64,000 nucleotides of DNA from Candidatus Marinacidobacterales bacterium. GTDB taxonomy: Bacteria; Acidobacteriota; Vicinamibacteria; Marinacidobacterales; DATDRI01. The notes under the pieces were generated by a model. It saw only the letters and a list, made by a program, of their open reading frames with translations. It made no database searches and was not told the origin of the DNA. The stretch spans positions 1,728,001-1,792,000 of the forward strand of contig OZ245365.1 of NCBI GenBank assembly GCA_965226495.1, in the 5' to 3' direction. Shown here in pieces: positions 37,865-48,028 of the stretch. Made by a program: the position numbers and the translations under genes. Numbering within the stretch: position 1 is the first letter of the stretch; every line of letters starts with the position of its first letter.

Positions 37865-39778
37865 CTAGGTCGTCTTGAGAGTCGCCACCGCGATTTTGTC
37901 GATCCGGATCGCGGTCGCCTTGAACTCGGCGGTTCCCGATTTTGGATCCCAAGCGTCGATGGTGAGTACGTTAGTATCCACCTCGTCGGGAAAGTGGATG
38001 GTCATGAACACGAGACCCGGTCGCAGTCCGTCGTCGTACCGAACTGGTGCTTCCAAGGATCCACGCCGCGAAGTCACGCGAACTCGTTCTCCCTCGGCAA
38101 TGTCCATCCGCTCGCCATCTTCCGGGCAGATATCCAGCGTCTCTCCGTCCCGGATAGGCGAACGGAATCCACCGCTTTGGACGCCCGTGTTAAAGGAGTC
38201 CAATCGCCGCCCGGTCGTGAGACGGACCGGGAACTCGTCGGTCAGCTCGTCCACCGGCGGCACAAATTTCACCGGGCAGAAAGGAGCCGGCCGACCACCA
38301 ATAGGTTTCTCCCAAAGTCGGCCATGAAGGAATTGGCTGCCTGGGTGTTTCTCGTCGACACAGGGCCACTGAATGCCACCGAGCTCCTCGAGGCGGCGGT
38401 AGCTCATGCCGGCGTGCATGGGAGAGAGGCTTCGCAGCTCGTCCCAAATCTGCTCGGCGGTCGGTTGGCCCCAGTCGTGACCCAAGCGCTTTGCGATTTC
38501 GCAGAGGATCTCGTCGTCGTCGCGAGCGTTGCCCGGAGAGTCGAGTGCCTTTCGAACGCGCTGCACCCTCCGCTCGCTGCTGGTCACCGTACCTTCGGAC
38601 TCCGCCCAGCCGGCCGAGGCGGGAAGCACGACGTCGGCCATCTCGGCGGTCTTGGTGAGAACTGTGTCCTGGACGACCAGATGCTCGAGGCCTTCCAAGA
38701 GTCGTCGCGCCCGCTGGACGTCCGCCTCGGACTGCGCCGGATTTTCCCCGATGATGTAGAGAGTGTGCAGCTCGCCCTTCTCCATCGCCTCGAACATCTG
38801 TGAGAGGTGCCAGCCTTTCTTCGGTGGGATTTTGCAACCCCATCGCTTTTCGAACTTGCCCCGCACCTTGTCGTCTTCGACGTCCTGAAACCCGGGGAGC
38901 TTGTTCGGAATGGCACCCATGTCGCCTCCGCCTTGGACGTTGTTTTGTCCCCGGAGCGGATTCAAGCCGGATCCATAGCGGCCGACGTGGCCGGTCAGAA
39001 GGGCGAGGTTGATAAGAGCCAAGACGTTGTCGACCGCGTTGTGGTGCTCGGTGATTCCGAGGGTCCAGCAGATCTGAGCGGTGGGCGCTTTGGCGTAGGC
39101 GTGGGCCAGCTCACGGATCGCCTGGGCCGGTACGCCCGAAATCTTCTCCGCGTGCTCCACCGTGTAAGGTTCGACCTCGTGCCGATAGTCTTCGAACCCC
39201 GTCGTGGCCCGATCGATAAACGTTCGGTTGACGAGACCGGCGGCGATGATCTCGCGGCCTACGGCGTTGGCCAGAGCGATGTCCGAGCCAACGTCCAGAC
39301 CCAGCCAAACGTCGGCCCAGCGGGCCGAGGAAGTGCGTCTTGGGTCCACGACGTAGAGCTGCGCTCCGTGCCGCACTCCCTTGAGAACGTGGTGAAAAAA
39401 AATGGGATGGGTCTCGCGTGCGTTCGAGCCCCAGAGAACGATGAAATCGGTTTCCTCGACCTCCTGATAGGAGCTCGTCCCGCCCCCGGCGCCGAATACC
39501 GTCGCCAGACCGACGACGCTCGGCGCGTGTCACGTACGGTTGCAGCTATCGATGTTGTTGCTACCGATCACCGAGCGAGCGAACTTCTGAGCGATGAAGT
39601 TCATCTCGTTGGTTGCCTTCGAGCAGCTGAACATGCCGAACGACGAGCCCCCCTGCCGAGCGACGACGTCACGGAATCCTGAGGATGCTCGTTCGAGAGC
39701 CTCCTCCCAGCTTGCGTTCCGGAGTTTGCCGTTTTCTCGGACCAACGGCTCGGTTAGCCTCGAATAGCGCTTGCTCAT
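37865..39778 (-). CDS. fdhF: Selenocysteine-containing Mo/W-bisPGD formate dehydrogenase catalytic subunit (Sec at TGA 39530-39532)
   Basis: Two in-frame ORFs joined by TGA in DSCNRT-U-HAPS; LRGQNNVQG; hairpin right after the TGA. Confidence 0.92.
39488..39529 (-). promoter_or_regulatory. Putative bacterial SECIS hairpin
   Basis: After UGA: CAC GCGCCGA G CGUCGUC GGUCU GGCGACG GUAU UCGGCGC; two stems and an apical GGUCU resembling the E. coli fdhF SECIS. Confidence 0.8.
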
Positions 39779-39891
39779 CCGCTAGCCTCCTTCGCGACCG
39801 AATGCTATCACGTTGTACTCCTGAGAGAGACCGGGAAAATACCCATGGGTTTGGCTTAGAATGTTCCCACCGCCATGAGGGGGGCGAGCGC

Positions 39892-41055
39892 GTGGCATTC
39901 TCTTGGGGAAATCCTCTTAATTGGTTTCGATCCTACCGGCATCTGTCCGCTTACATTTGGGACAATACGGACAAGAAGCGGAAGGAGTGGGTTCGAGCTC
40001 AGAGGGAGCGACATGGGGATGATTTCCTAGTCGATCGGACGGATCTCGGAAAATTCAGCTTCCTCTTACTGGCGGACACGGGCGAGGGCGATCAATCGCA
40101 GCTCGTGTTAGTCGACAAACTCCTGAAGGAAGGGAAGTCGACCGAGTTTGCGATCATAGGAAGCGACGTCGTCTACCCGGCCGGTCGATCCCACCACTAT
40201 CTTGCGAACTTTTACATGCCCTATCGGAACTACCTGAAAGACATCTACGCGGTCCCGGGCAATCACGACTGGTATGACGTGCTAACCGGCTTCATGATCC
40301 ACTTCTGCGACAATCAGTTCCATCGGAGAAAAAGAAGTAAACGAACGGTGGACGAATCGAAGCTGAGGGACATGCGCGCCATCCGGAGGAACGAGATTTA
40401 CCAGCCGAACATGTATTTCTGCTTGGACACCGCCTCCCTGCGGATCGTGTGCGTCGATACCGGCATCAGGACCCACATCGATGACGAGCAGATGGCATGG
40501 CTGCGGAGAGTTTCTGAAACGGATAAGCGCAAGATCCTGATCACCGGAGACCCCATCTATGCCAATGGAAGATATGAAAAGCGACTGGCCGAGTTAGACG
40601 AGATCGTCAGAAATTACGGTTACCTGGCGGTCATTGGAGGAGATACCCACAACTACCAGCAGTACCGGGTGACGTTGACCGCGGCCGGATCGAAGCGAGA
40701 CGTTTGGTATTTCGTGAACGGGGGAGGAGGTGCTTTCTTGAGCCGCACCGACCATATTCCGGAGCCGTCGGCGATGAAGGTTCCAGATGACGTACGCGTC
40801 AGCGACTTCGATTTGTATCCGGACCGCGAGGCTTCCCGCGAGTTCTTCGATTCCGGCAACATGAGCTTCCTCCCTGATGTCATCAAGTGGAGGATGCCCG
40901 CCGCTTTGCTCAACAAGGATCGGCCACCATACTACAAGAGCTTCATGAAGGTCGTGGTCAGGAAGACGTTCATCGAATTCCAGGTGTTCCGCATCGAGAA
41001 CTTCGGCCAGCCTTGGCTAGATGCAGGTCCCTGGAAGCGGATTCGGATTGAGTAG
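39892..41055 (+). CDS. Calcineurin-like metallophosphoesterase
   Basis: ADTG, SDVVYP, PGNHDWYD, GDTHNYQ; start uncertain. Confidence 0.85.
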   Translation: MAFSWGNPLNWFRSYRHLSAYIWDNTDKKRKEWVRAQRERHGDDFLVDRTDLGKFSFLLLADTGEGDQSQLVLVDKLLKEGKSTEFAIIGSDVVYPAGRSHHYLANFYMPYRNYLKDIYAVPGNHDWYDVLTGFMIHFCDNQFHRRKRSKRTVDESKLRDMRAIRRNEIYQPNMYFCLDTASLRIVCVDTGIRTHIDDEQMAWLRRVSETDKRKILITGDPIYANGRYEKRLAELDEIVRNYGYLAVIGGDTHNYQQYRVTLTAAGSKRDVWYFVNGGGGAFLSRTDHIPEPSAMKVPDDVRVSDFDLYPDREASREFFDSGNMSFLPDVIKWRMPAALLNKDRPPYYKSFMKVVVRKTFIEFQVFRIENFGQPWLDAGPWKRIRIE

Positions 41056-41096
41056 GAGGCGGGCTGCCGGTTACAAGTGCCACCCACTTGGTAGTG

Positions 41097-42389
41097 TCAG
41101 GCTCGCCTGCGCCCCTCTTTCTCGAAGAACTCGCGGAGCCTTCGGGCTACGAGTACCTCTTCACCGTCTCTCAGACAACGGGTTCGAACTGTGACGCCGT
41201 CATAAGCCAGGCGAGGTTCCCCCTGCATTAGCTTTTCTTTGGCCTCGTCGGGGGTGAGAGGGATGATTTTTTCGTCCCATTGTATGTAGACGTCAGCGTA
41301 GCCGACGGTGTTGGTGGCGTAGGTGGCAGTCAGGCCGTGGATGCCTTGTATCTGATCCGTGAGCCATCTGGCCTTGGCGTTCCAGCGCTCTTCGACCTTG
41401 TCGTGGTCGAGCTCGATCCAGCGATTGAGGGCGACGATGGGGCCGACGATTTCTTCTTTGCCGACTTTCATGCCGCGGCCGAGGTTACCGTTGGGGGCAG
41501 CGTGGAGGCGGGCGGCTTCGATCAAGTCGCGACGACCGGCCAAAATGCCCGTCGACTGAGGGCCGCGGATTCCCTTGCCGCCGCTGATCACGACGAGATC
41601 CGCTCCGGCGTCGATGAAGCGAGTGAGGTTGGCAGCCGGCGGTAGATCGGAAGCCATGTCGATCAGTACGGGGACACCGGTTCGTCTACCAATCGCAATG
41701 AGCTCCTCGGGCATCATCACCTCGGGACTATGAGGATGAGCTAGTTCGCGCGGGAGAGGCGGACCGAACTCACGTTGCTTTTCGACCGCGGTCAAGACGG
41801 CGATCATGGCGGTGCGGTCGTTGATCTTGGCGATGAACTCCTCCCGAGTCGTCGCCTCGACGATGCTCATACCAGCCGCTCGGTAGGCGCGGTCGTACTC
41901 GAAACGATGTGCGGTCTGAATGAGGCAATCTCGCTTTGGCCACGTTGCTTGGGGCAGCGCTTCGATTTTTTCTGGATCGGCGCCAGTCAGGCACGCTGCG
42001 GCGCCTAAGATCATGGCCGAGAAAGCCCCAGACGTTACGAGAGCTGCCTCAGCTCCCATGAGCTCGGCAACCCGCTTGCCGGCGGCTTCGGTAAGCTCGT
42101 GCATGTCGACGAAATAGTCGTTGGCTTCGACCATCGCTTCCGTAACTTCGCGAGGCATCCGCGACCCGCCCAGTCTCGTGAGATGCTCATGAGCTCCCAG
42201 ATGCGGGCGTACACCAAGTAGTTGCGTGTAGATATTGTCGCGATAGGCGGATTCCAAACGCTCGAGCTCTGCTGGGGTCGCCGGTCCCTGCTCGCGCGAC
42301 GAGCTTCCGAGTCCCAGCGCTCCTGCGGCAACGGAAGTGCCCAGAAACTCGCGCCTGGACCATCGTGTCGACTTCTCGTTCTGATTCAT
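41097..42389 (-). CDS. SelA/DgaE-like PLP-dependent enzyme with Tat signal
   Basis: SRREFLG; GAEAALVTSG; ISGGKGIRGPQSTG; GRGMKVGKEEI. Confidence 0.85.
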   Translation of the reverse strand: MNQNEKSTRWSRREFLGTSVAAGALGLGSSSREQGPATPAELERLESAYRDNIYTQLLGVRPHLGAHEHLTRLGGSRMPREVTEAMVEANDYFVDMHELTEAAGKRVAELMGAEAALVTSGAFSAMILGAAACLTGADPEKIEALPQATWPKRDCLIQTAHRFEYDRAYRAAGMSIVEATTREEFIAKINDRTAMIAVLTAVEKQREFGPPLPRELAHPHSPEVMMPEELIAIGRRTGVPVLIDMASDLPPAANLTRFIDAGADLVVISGGKGIRGPQSTGILAGRRDLIEAARLHAAPNGNLGRGMKVGKEEIVGPIVALNRWIELDHDKVEERWNAKARWLTDQIQGIHGLTATYATNTVGYADVYIQWDEKIIPLTPDEAKEKLMQGEPRLAYDGVTVRTRCLRDGEEVLVARRLREFFEKEGRRRA

Positions 42390-42463
42390 GTGAGCCCTCC
42401 AACCCGGAAGCATAATGCAGATCGGGTGGGAGCAGGGTGAGAAGTTGAGGAGGACCAGGCTAT

Positions 42464-43246
42464 TTAGCGTCCGGCGTATAGATTGGCCTCGCGCTCGTGC
42501 GGGCGTTCGTCATGATCAGGCCACCCTTCGAGCAAGGCGGGTGCGCCGTTTGCGAAGACGAGAAGGTTGAAGCGGAAACTCTTGTAGTGCCAATCCTTGA
42601 ACGTCGACCCTCTTTCGGCCTGCAGGCTGTGAATCAGTTCATGAGTGAAGACGGTCTCATCATCGATATCGGAAGCATCGATCCAAATAACGCCGGGGAC
42701 ATACAGGCCTCGCACATAGGGATCCGGTTCCGTTTTCTGAAATACCAGACTCCCGCCATACAGCGTGCGACCAACGTCCATGTCGTACCGATCGGAGAAC
42801 AGGTAGTACGCCGAGAAACCGGCGTTCACCACGTCCAATTGGACGCTCGGTTTCTTTCCATGGAACTCGAGGTAAACAAAGGAGTGGGTCAATGCCCAAT
42901 GGGAGTAAAGGCTCTCATCGAAGACCGGTTCGCCCCGGATGGAACGGTGGCCCATGAGAGTAGATTTTTGCGCGATGGTTTTACCGACGAGTGCCAGTTT
43001 CGGATTCCTTCCGGTCACGTAGTACCCGGTGTGTGCGACCATGCCCCACGCACTACCCTCGATAAGCGCTTCCTTGAACGCGTCGCTAGCGGGCGTACGC
43101 GCAATGAGAAGTTTACCTAGAAAACTGGTAGCGATACCGAAGCCGACTTGGCTGGCAACCAAACTAGGATCGGCCCATTGTGCGACAGCATTGTTGGGGA
43201 AAGCACACATGAGCAGGAAAAACCCAACAGCTACCCTTCGGTACAT
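42464..43246 (-). CDS. Exported hypothetical protein with HExxH motif
   Basis: Signal-like N-terminus; THELIHSLQ...E. Confidence 0.65.
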   Translation of the reverse strand: MYRRVAVGFFLLMCAFPNNAVAQWADPSLVASQVGFGIATSFLGKLLIARTPASDAFKEALIEGSAWGMVAHTGYYVTGRNPKLALVGKTIAQKSTLMGHRSIRGEPVFDESLYSHWALTHSFVYLEFHGKKPSVQLDVVNAGFSAYYLFSDRYDMDVGRTLYGGSLVFQKTEPDPYVRGLYVPGVIWIDASDIDDETVFTHELIHSLQAERGSTFKDWHYKSFRFNLLVFANGAPALLEGWPDHDERPHEREANLYAGR

Positions 43247-43422
43247 CGTTACCTCTGACAGAAGTGATCGCAAGAAACTTGCCAGGCTCGCCGAGTGCAG
43301 CGACGGTCGGCTCGGTCTAGGAAGAGCAAACAGTAGAGGGGTTTGCTAGGAGATCCGTTTGACGCACGCATGTGCGCCAAATCACAAAGTGAGTATTTTT
43401 GGTGAGACCAGTAGGGAAATAA

Positions 43423-45156
43423 CTACCGATGTTGGTTTCGCAGGTTTCTTGTGGCGGCGACATCGATGTCGCACGAGTTCGGGTTCAGCACAACCCCAAA
43501 AAGCTCTGCAGCTTCGTCCGGACGGTAGTACCCGCGCTCGACGTCTCGCGCCACCAGCTGCGGATCTCGTTCGAAAGGATTCCCGTAGCCACCACCACCC
43601 GGCGTGGAAACGCGTACCTGATCACCAGGGCCGATGAGGATGTCTTGATCTTTCGAGAGGTGAGGTGGAATGTACTCCTCGCCGTTTCGCCGCACGACGA
43701 CCTTGTTGACGCCGCCGTCGCCTCCCCCCAACACGCCTGGCGGCCCGTAGCGACCGTGGTCCATGACGAAAGACGCCCGCGCATCTCCGCGTCGGAGCGT
43801 TACCGCATAGTTGACGCCGAAACCCCCACGAGCCTTGCCGGCACCTCCTGAGCCTTCGTGCAACGAGTATTCATCGAAAAGCACCGGGTAGCGCTGTTCG
43901 ATGACCTCGATGGGTGTGGTCTTGGAGATGCCTATGGTCGAACATCCGTTCGAGAGACCGGAGCCTTGAAAACTGCCGCCATAGCCGCCTCCGGAGATCA
44001 GATACATCACATAGGCACGTTTTTTCTCGGGGTCGTAGCCACCTAAAGCGAAGTTGCCGCTCGTTCCGGCTGGAGCCGCGAAGAGTCGGTCGGGGATAGC
44101 CTTGACCAAAGCCACGAAAACCGCCTCTGCGATGCGCTGGCTCACTTCCGCCGCGCAGCCAGAAACCGGCCGCGGGTACTTGGCATAGAGGAAAGTACCG
44201 TGGGGCTCGATGATCTTGAGCGGTTCGAAAGTGCCCGCGTTGATCGGCACTTCCGGGAAGATATGTTTGATCGCGAGATAGATCGAGGATTTCGTCGTGG
44301 CAATGACGCTGTTCATCGGTCCGAGACAGGGCTTACTCGAGCCGGACATGTCGAACGTGAGCTCGTTGCCTTGCTTCGTAATCTTCATCGCGATTCGAAG
44401 CGGCTCGTCGACGACACCGTCCGAGTCCACGAAGGATTCGCCCTGGTAGACGCCGTCCGGGATGGGAGCGATTTTGGCGCGCATCTGCTGCGCGGCACGC
44501 TTCTTCAATTCAATGATGGACTCCTCGACGATGTCCTTGCCGTAGCGGTCCAGTAAGATCGTGAGCCGTCTTTCGCCAACCGTGAGAGCGGCCGCCTGCG
44601 CCTTGATGTCACCGATGCGCTGATCGGCGATGCGTATATTCGAAAGGATGATGGAGAGGATCTCCTCGTCCATCTTCCCTTGCTTGAAAAGCTTCACCGG
44701 TGGCAGACGCAGACCCTCTTGCTCGACTTCGGTCGCGGTTGCGGAGAAGCCGCCGGGTACCGCACCGCCCGTATCCGGCCAATGGCCAGTGTTGGCGAGC
44801 CAACAAAAAAGTGTTCCTCGATAGAAGAAGGGCTTCGTGAATCGCACGTCCATCAGGTGAGTGCCACCGAGGTAGGGATCGTTCACGATAAACAAATCGC
44901 CGGGTCGAAGATCTTTGGCGCGCTTTATGACTTCCTGTGTTCCGAATTGCATCGTGCCCACGAAAACAGGTAGGCCTAACTCACCTTGTGCGATGAGCTC
45001 GCCGGTCTCCCGGTGGTAGATTCCGTCGGAGCGATCCAGTGCTTCGGAGATCACAGGACTGAAAGCCGCGCGCACGAAGGCTAGATCCATTTCGTTGCAC
45101 ACCTGTTGGAGCCCATTGTGAATGACTGCGAGGGTTACTGGATCCAGCGTGCTCAA
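43423..45156 (-). CDS. Hydantoinase B/oxoprolinase family protein
   Basis: NDPYLGGTHLMD, HWPDTGG, GGAGKARGG, TPGGGGYG. Confidence 0.92.
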   Translation of the reverse strand: MSTLDPVTLAVIHNGLQQVCNEMDLAFVRAAFSPVISEALDRSDGIYHRETGELIAQGELGLPVFVGTMQFGTQEVIKRAKDLRPGDLFIVNDPYLGGTHLMDVRFTKPFFYRGTLFCWLANTGHWPDTGGAVPGGFSATATEVEQEGLRLPPVKLFKQGKMDEEILSIILSNIRIADQRIGDIKAQAAALTVGERRLTILLDRYGKDIVEESIIELKKRAAQQMRAKIAPIPDGVYQGESFVDSDGVVDEPLRIAMKITKQGNELTFDMSGSSKPCLGPMNSVIATTKSSIYLAIKHIFPEVPINAGTFEPLKIIEPHGTFLYAKYPRPVSGCAAEVSQRIAEAVFVALVKAIPDRLFAAPAGTSGNFALGGYDPEKKRAYVMYLISGGGYGGSFQGSGLSNGCSTIGISKTTPIEVIEQRYPVLFDEYSLHEGSGGAGKARGGFGVNYAVTLRRGDARASFVMDHGRYGPPGVLGGGDGGVNKVVVRRNGEEYIPPHLSKDQDILIGPGDQVRVSTPGGGGYGNPFERDPQLVARDVERGYYRPDEAAELFGVVLNPNSCDIDVAATRNLRNQHR

Positions 45157-47197
45157 CCCTTGCCCCCCTGGTGATGATCAGATTGCCAAGGTCATCGACG
45201 ACCACATGATTGCGCGGTTCGACGACGATGGTTGTGTCGAGCTGTTCGATGATCGCGGGTCCCTCGAGCCGAGTGCCGGGCAGCAAATGTTGCCGTTCGT
45301 GAATAGAGGTGTCGAGCCAGCCTTCCTCGAACCACACGCTCCGCTGCGACGCGGAAGCGCCGCGCTGGCCATCCATCGAGGCGAGCGCCTTCAAAGGCAC
45401 CGGCCTGCGGGAGCCGACGACGGCGGTGTGTAGATTCACCAACACGGCACGGATCTCGGGGAGCTCGACTTCGAATCGGTTCCAGTAGGCTTTTTCGAAC
45501 GCTTCCTGCAGCCGACGACGGGTGACGTCGATATCCGCGACGGGTACGGTCAGAATATGCGTCTGACCTTGAAACTGCATATCCGCGGAGTGAATGACCG
45601 TGAGTTTCTCGATTTCGATGCCTTCGCGCTCGATGGTCTGTTTTCCTTCTTCGATTTGAGATTTGAGGATCTTGCGCACTTGATCCATGTCCAGCGTCGG
45701 CACCGGACGGTTGAGCGTATTGACGTAGTCGTGACGCACATCGGCGGCGATGCAACCGACCGCATTGGTGATGCCAGGCCGGGCGGGAACGATGACCGTC
45801 GGAACCGCAAGCTCACGAGCGAGGGCGACGGCGTGAAGGGGTCCCGCCCCGCCGAATGCAAAGAGAGCGAAGTCGCGCGGATCGTGACCACGGGCCAAGG
45901 AGACCATGCGCAGGGCACCCGCCATTCGGACGTTGGCGATCTGTAGAATCGCCGCCGCCGCTTCTTTTGCGGTCATTCCGAGGGGCGTGCCGACGTCGCG
46001 GTCGATGATGCCATTTAATTCATTGAGTGATACCGGATTGTCGACGGCGAGCAACGTTTCTGGGTTGAGACGACCTAGAACCAAATTCGCGTCGGTTATC
46101 GTAGGACGGTCCCCGCCGCGCCCGTAGCAAATCGGGCCGGGATCGGCTCCGGCACTTTCCGGACCGACTTGCAACATGCCGGCGTCATTGATGAAGGCGA
46201 CAGAACCCCCTCCGGCGCCGATGCTGTGAACGTCGACCATCGGCACATGAATCGGCATGGCGTACTCGAGCTCGAGCTCAGCACTGACTTGGGGGATACC
46301 GCCTTGGATCAGGCCTACATCACAACTTGTACCGCCCATGTCGTAGGTAATGACGTTCGGATAACCGGAAGTCTTCGTGGTGTAGGCAGCCGCCATGACA
46401 CCGGAGGCCGGCCCGGACATCACGGTGTTGACCGCGGCCTCGGACACGATCTTCGAGGATACCGTTCCACCGTTGCCCTGCATCACTAGAAGGTCGTGGG
46501 CGTAGGAACGTCCTTGCAGCTCCTTTTGAAGGCGGGAGAGGTACCGGTGAAGGACCGGTTGAATCGCGGCGTTGACGGCGGCCGTTGTACCGCGCTCGTA
46601 CTCGCGGTACTCGCTCAGAATCGCATGGCCCATGGTGATATAGGAATTGGGCCAGAGCTCGCTCGCGATTTCTGCGACTTGGCGCTCGTGCTCCGGGTTG
46701 ATGTAGGCGTGCAGGAAATGGATGACCAAAGATTCGCAGCCCAAGTCCAGGAGTTTCTTGACGGCCGCCGCCGCCCCTTCCTTATCGAGGGGCATCACCA
46801 CGTTTCCGTCCGCGTCCATGCGCTCGTGCACCTCGAGCCGCAGCTCGCGCGGGATCAACGGTTCGAAGTGGCCGACCATGCCGTACGGATTGGGACGAGT
46901 ACGGCGGCCCAGCTCGAGGACATCTCGGAAGCCTTTCGTCGTGATCAAGCCGCACCGAGACACTTTGCGCTCGAGCAATGCGTTCGTGGTAGTCGTCGTC
47001 CCGTGGACGATGGATATGACTTCGCTCAGATCGGCGCCGGCCGCCTCGAGCGCCGCCAACACACCGATAGCCTGGTTTTGGACGGTGGTGGGAACCTTGG
47101 CGATGCGGACGCCCTCACCGCCCTCATCCATCCAAACGAGATCGGTGAACGTACCGCCGACGTCGACCCCGACAATCTTGTTGGTCCTGCTAGTCAA
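45153..47197 (-). CDS. Hydantoinase A/oxoprolinase family protein (probable 1-bp homopolymer indel at the 3' end)
   Basis: DVGGTFTD, HGTT, SGPASG, DMGGTS, IGAGGGS; one extra base in the C6 run at 45163-45168 gives a TGA overlapping the next TTG. Confidence 0.9.
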
Positions 47198-47937
47198 GAG
47201 CTAGCTCGGCGTCCCTCGCGACCCATGGGCGCATCCGGCGCCACCCACTCCCGCTGCAGACGGTCGGGGAGAAGTCCCATGCGAGGTTGTCTCTCGGGAA
47301 TAAGTACGTAGAGGGACGTTGCGGCCTTGCCGAGATGTTCGAAGCCGTGGAATGCCTGGGACTCTTGCCATGCGGCAGCGTCCTCGGTCGTTTCCCAGTA
47401 GGTAAGCAAGACGTATTGCACAGGCGCGGCCTGGGGCAAGACACCCACCGGTCCGGTGAACACATAGGGCGTGGGGATGGGGGAGCCTCTTAGCGTCTCG
47501 TAGGGTAGTACCCCGAATCGAGAGCCTTCCGCGGCGGCCGCGATGGCAACTTCATGCTCCTCCGGGCTCAGCGGCTCGTCTCGGAGCAGCACCGACTCGC
47601 ACAGGAGCTTGCCCTCGGCGGCCTCGGTCGCTGCCAGCAAGCGTCCTTTGCGAACGTAGTAGGCGTACCAAAACGAGTCCCTGGCTTCGTCTTGCACGTC
47701 GTTGTGCGTTCGGTCCGCCTGCCATTTCTCCATCTCTTCCAGGCTCCGAAACTTGGCGGTGAAAAAGCCCCAGTCGGTGCCAGTAATCGGACCGCCATAG
47801 GTTTCGAGGAAGCCGGGCTGTTGGGCGGCGTAGGGTTTTATCTCCTCATCTCGCTTGTCCGAATCGACCTTCTTTTCGGGGCGACCGAGGAAGCCTCCCT
47901 CGGCGATGTGAACCGTCGATTTTAGTGTTGTTTTCAT
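47194..47937 (-). CDS. Hypothetical protein with antibiotic-biosynthesis-monooxygenase-like (dimeric alpha/beta barrel) segments
   Basis: QQPGFL...FRSLEEMEKW...H and LTYWET...W...FH; coupled to hydantoinase A. Confidence 0.55.
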   Translation of the reverse strand: MKTTLKSTVHIAEGGFLGRPEKKVDSDKRDEEIKPYAAQQPGFLETYGGPITGTDWGFFTAKFRSLEEMEKWQADRTHNDVQDEARDSFWYAYYVRKGRLLAATEAAEGKLLCESVLLRDEPLSPEEHEVAIAAAAEGSRFGVLPYETLRGSPIPTPYVFTGPVGVLPQAAPVQYVLLTYWETTEDAAAWQESQAFHGFEHLGKAATSLYVLIPERQPRMGLLPDRLQREWVAPDAPMGREGRRASS

Positions 47938-48028
47938 CCCGGCGTGAATCTACCTCAATTCGGCGACTCTTTGCCAAACGAGCTCCTAAGATCGCAAGCC
48001 GCTTCCCGCCATGATATACGGTTCGGAC

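Noticed and set aside
32385-39682. Long antisense ORFs such as 32385-33545, 35157-36476 and 38807-39682
   Set aside because: Shadow frames of well-supported genes in GC-rich DNA, with no recognisable motifs
41097-42389. True selA gene
   Set aside because: Tat signal, DgaE-like motifs and no adjacent selB
44981-45168. Real 176-bp overlap between hydantoinase A and B
   Set aside because: One extra base in the C6 run gives a normal TTGA overlap; probably a homopolymer error
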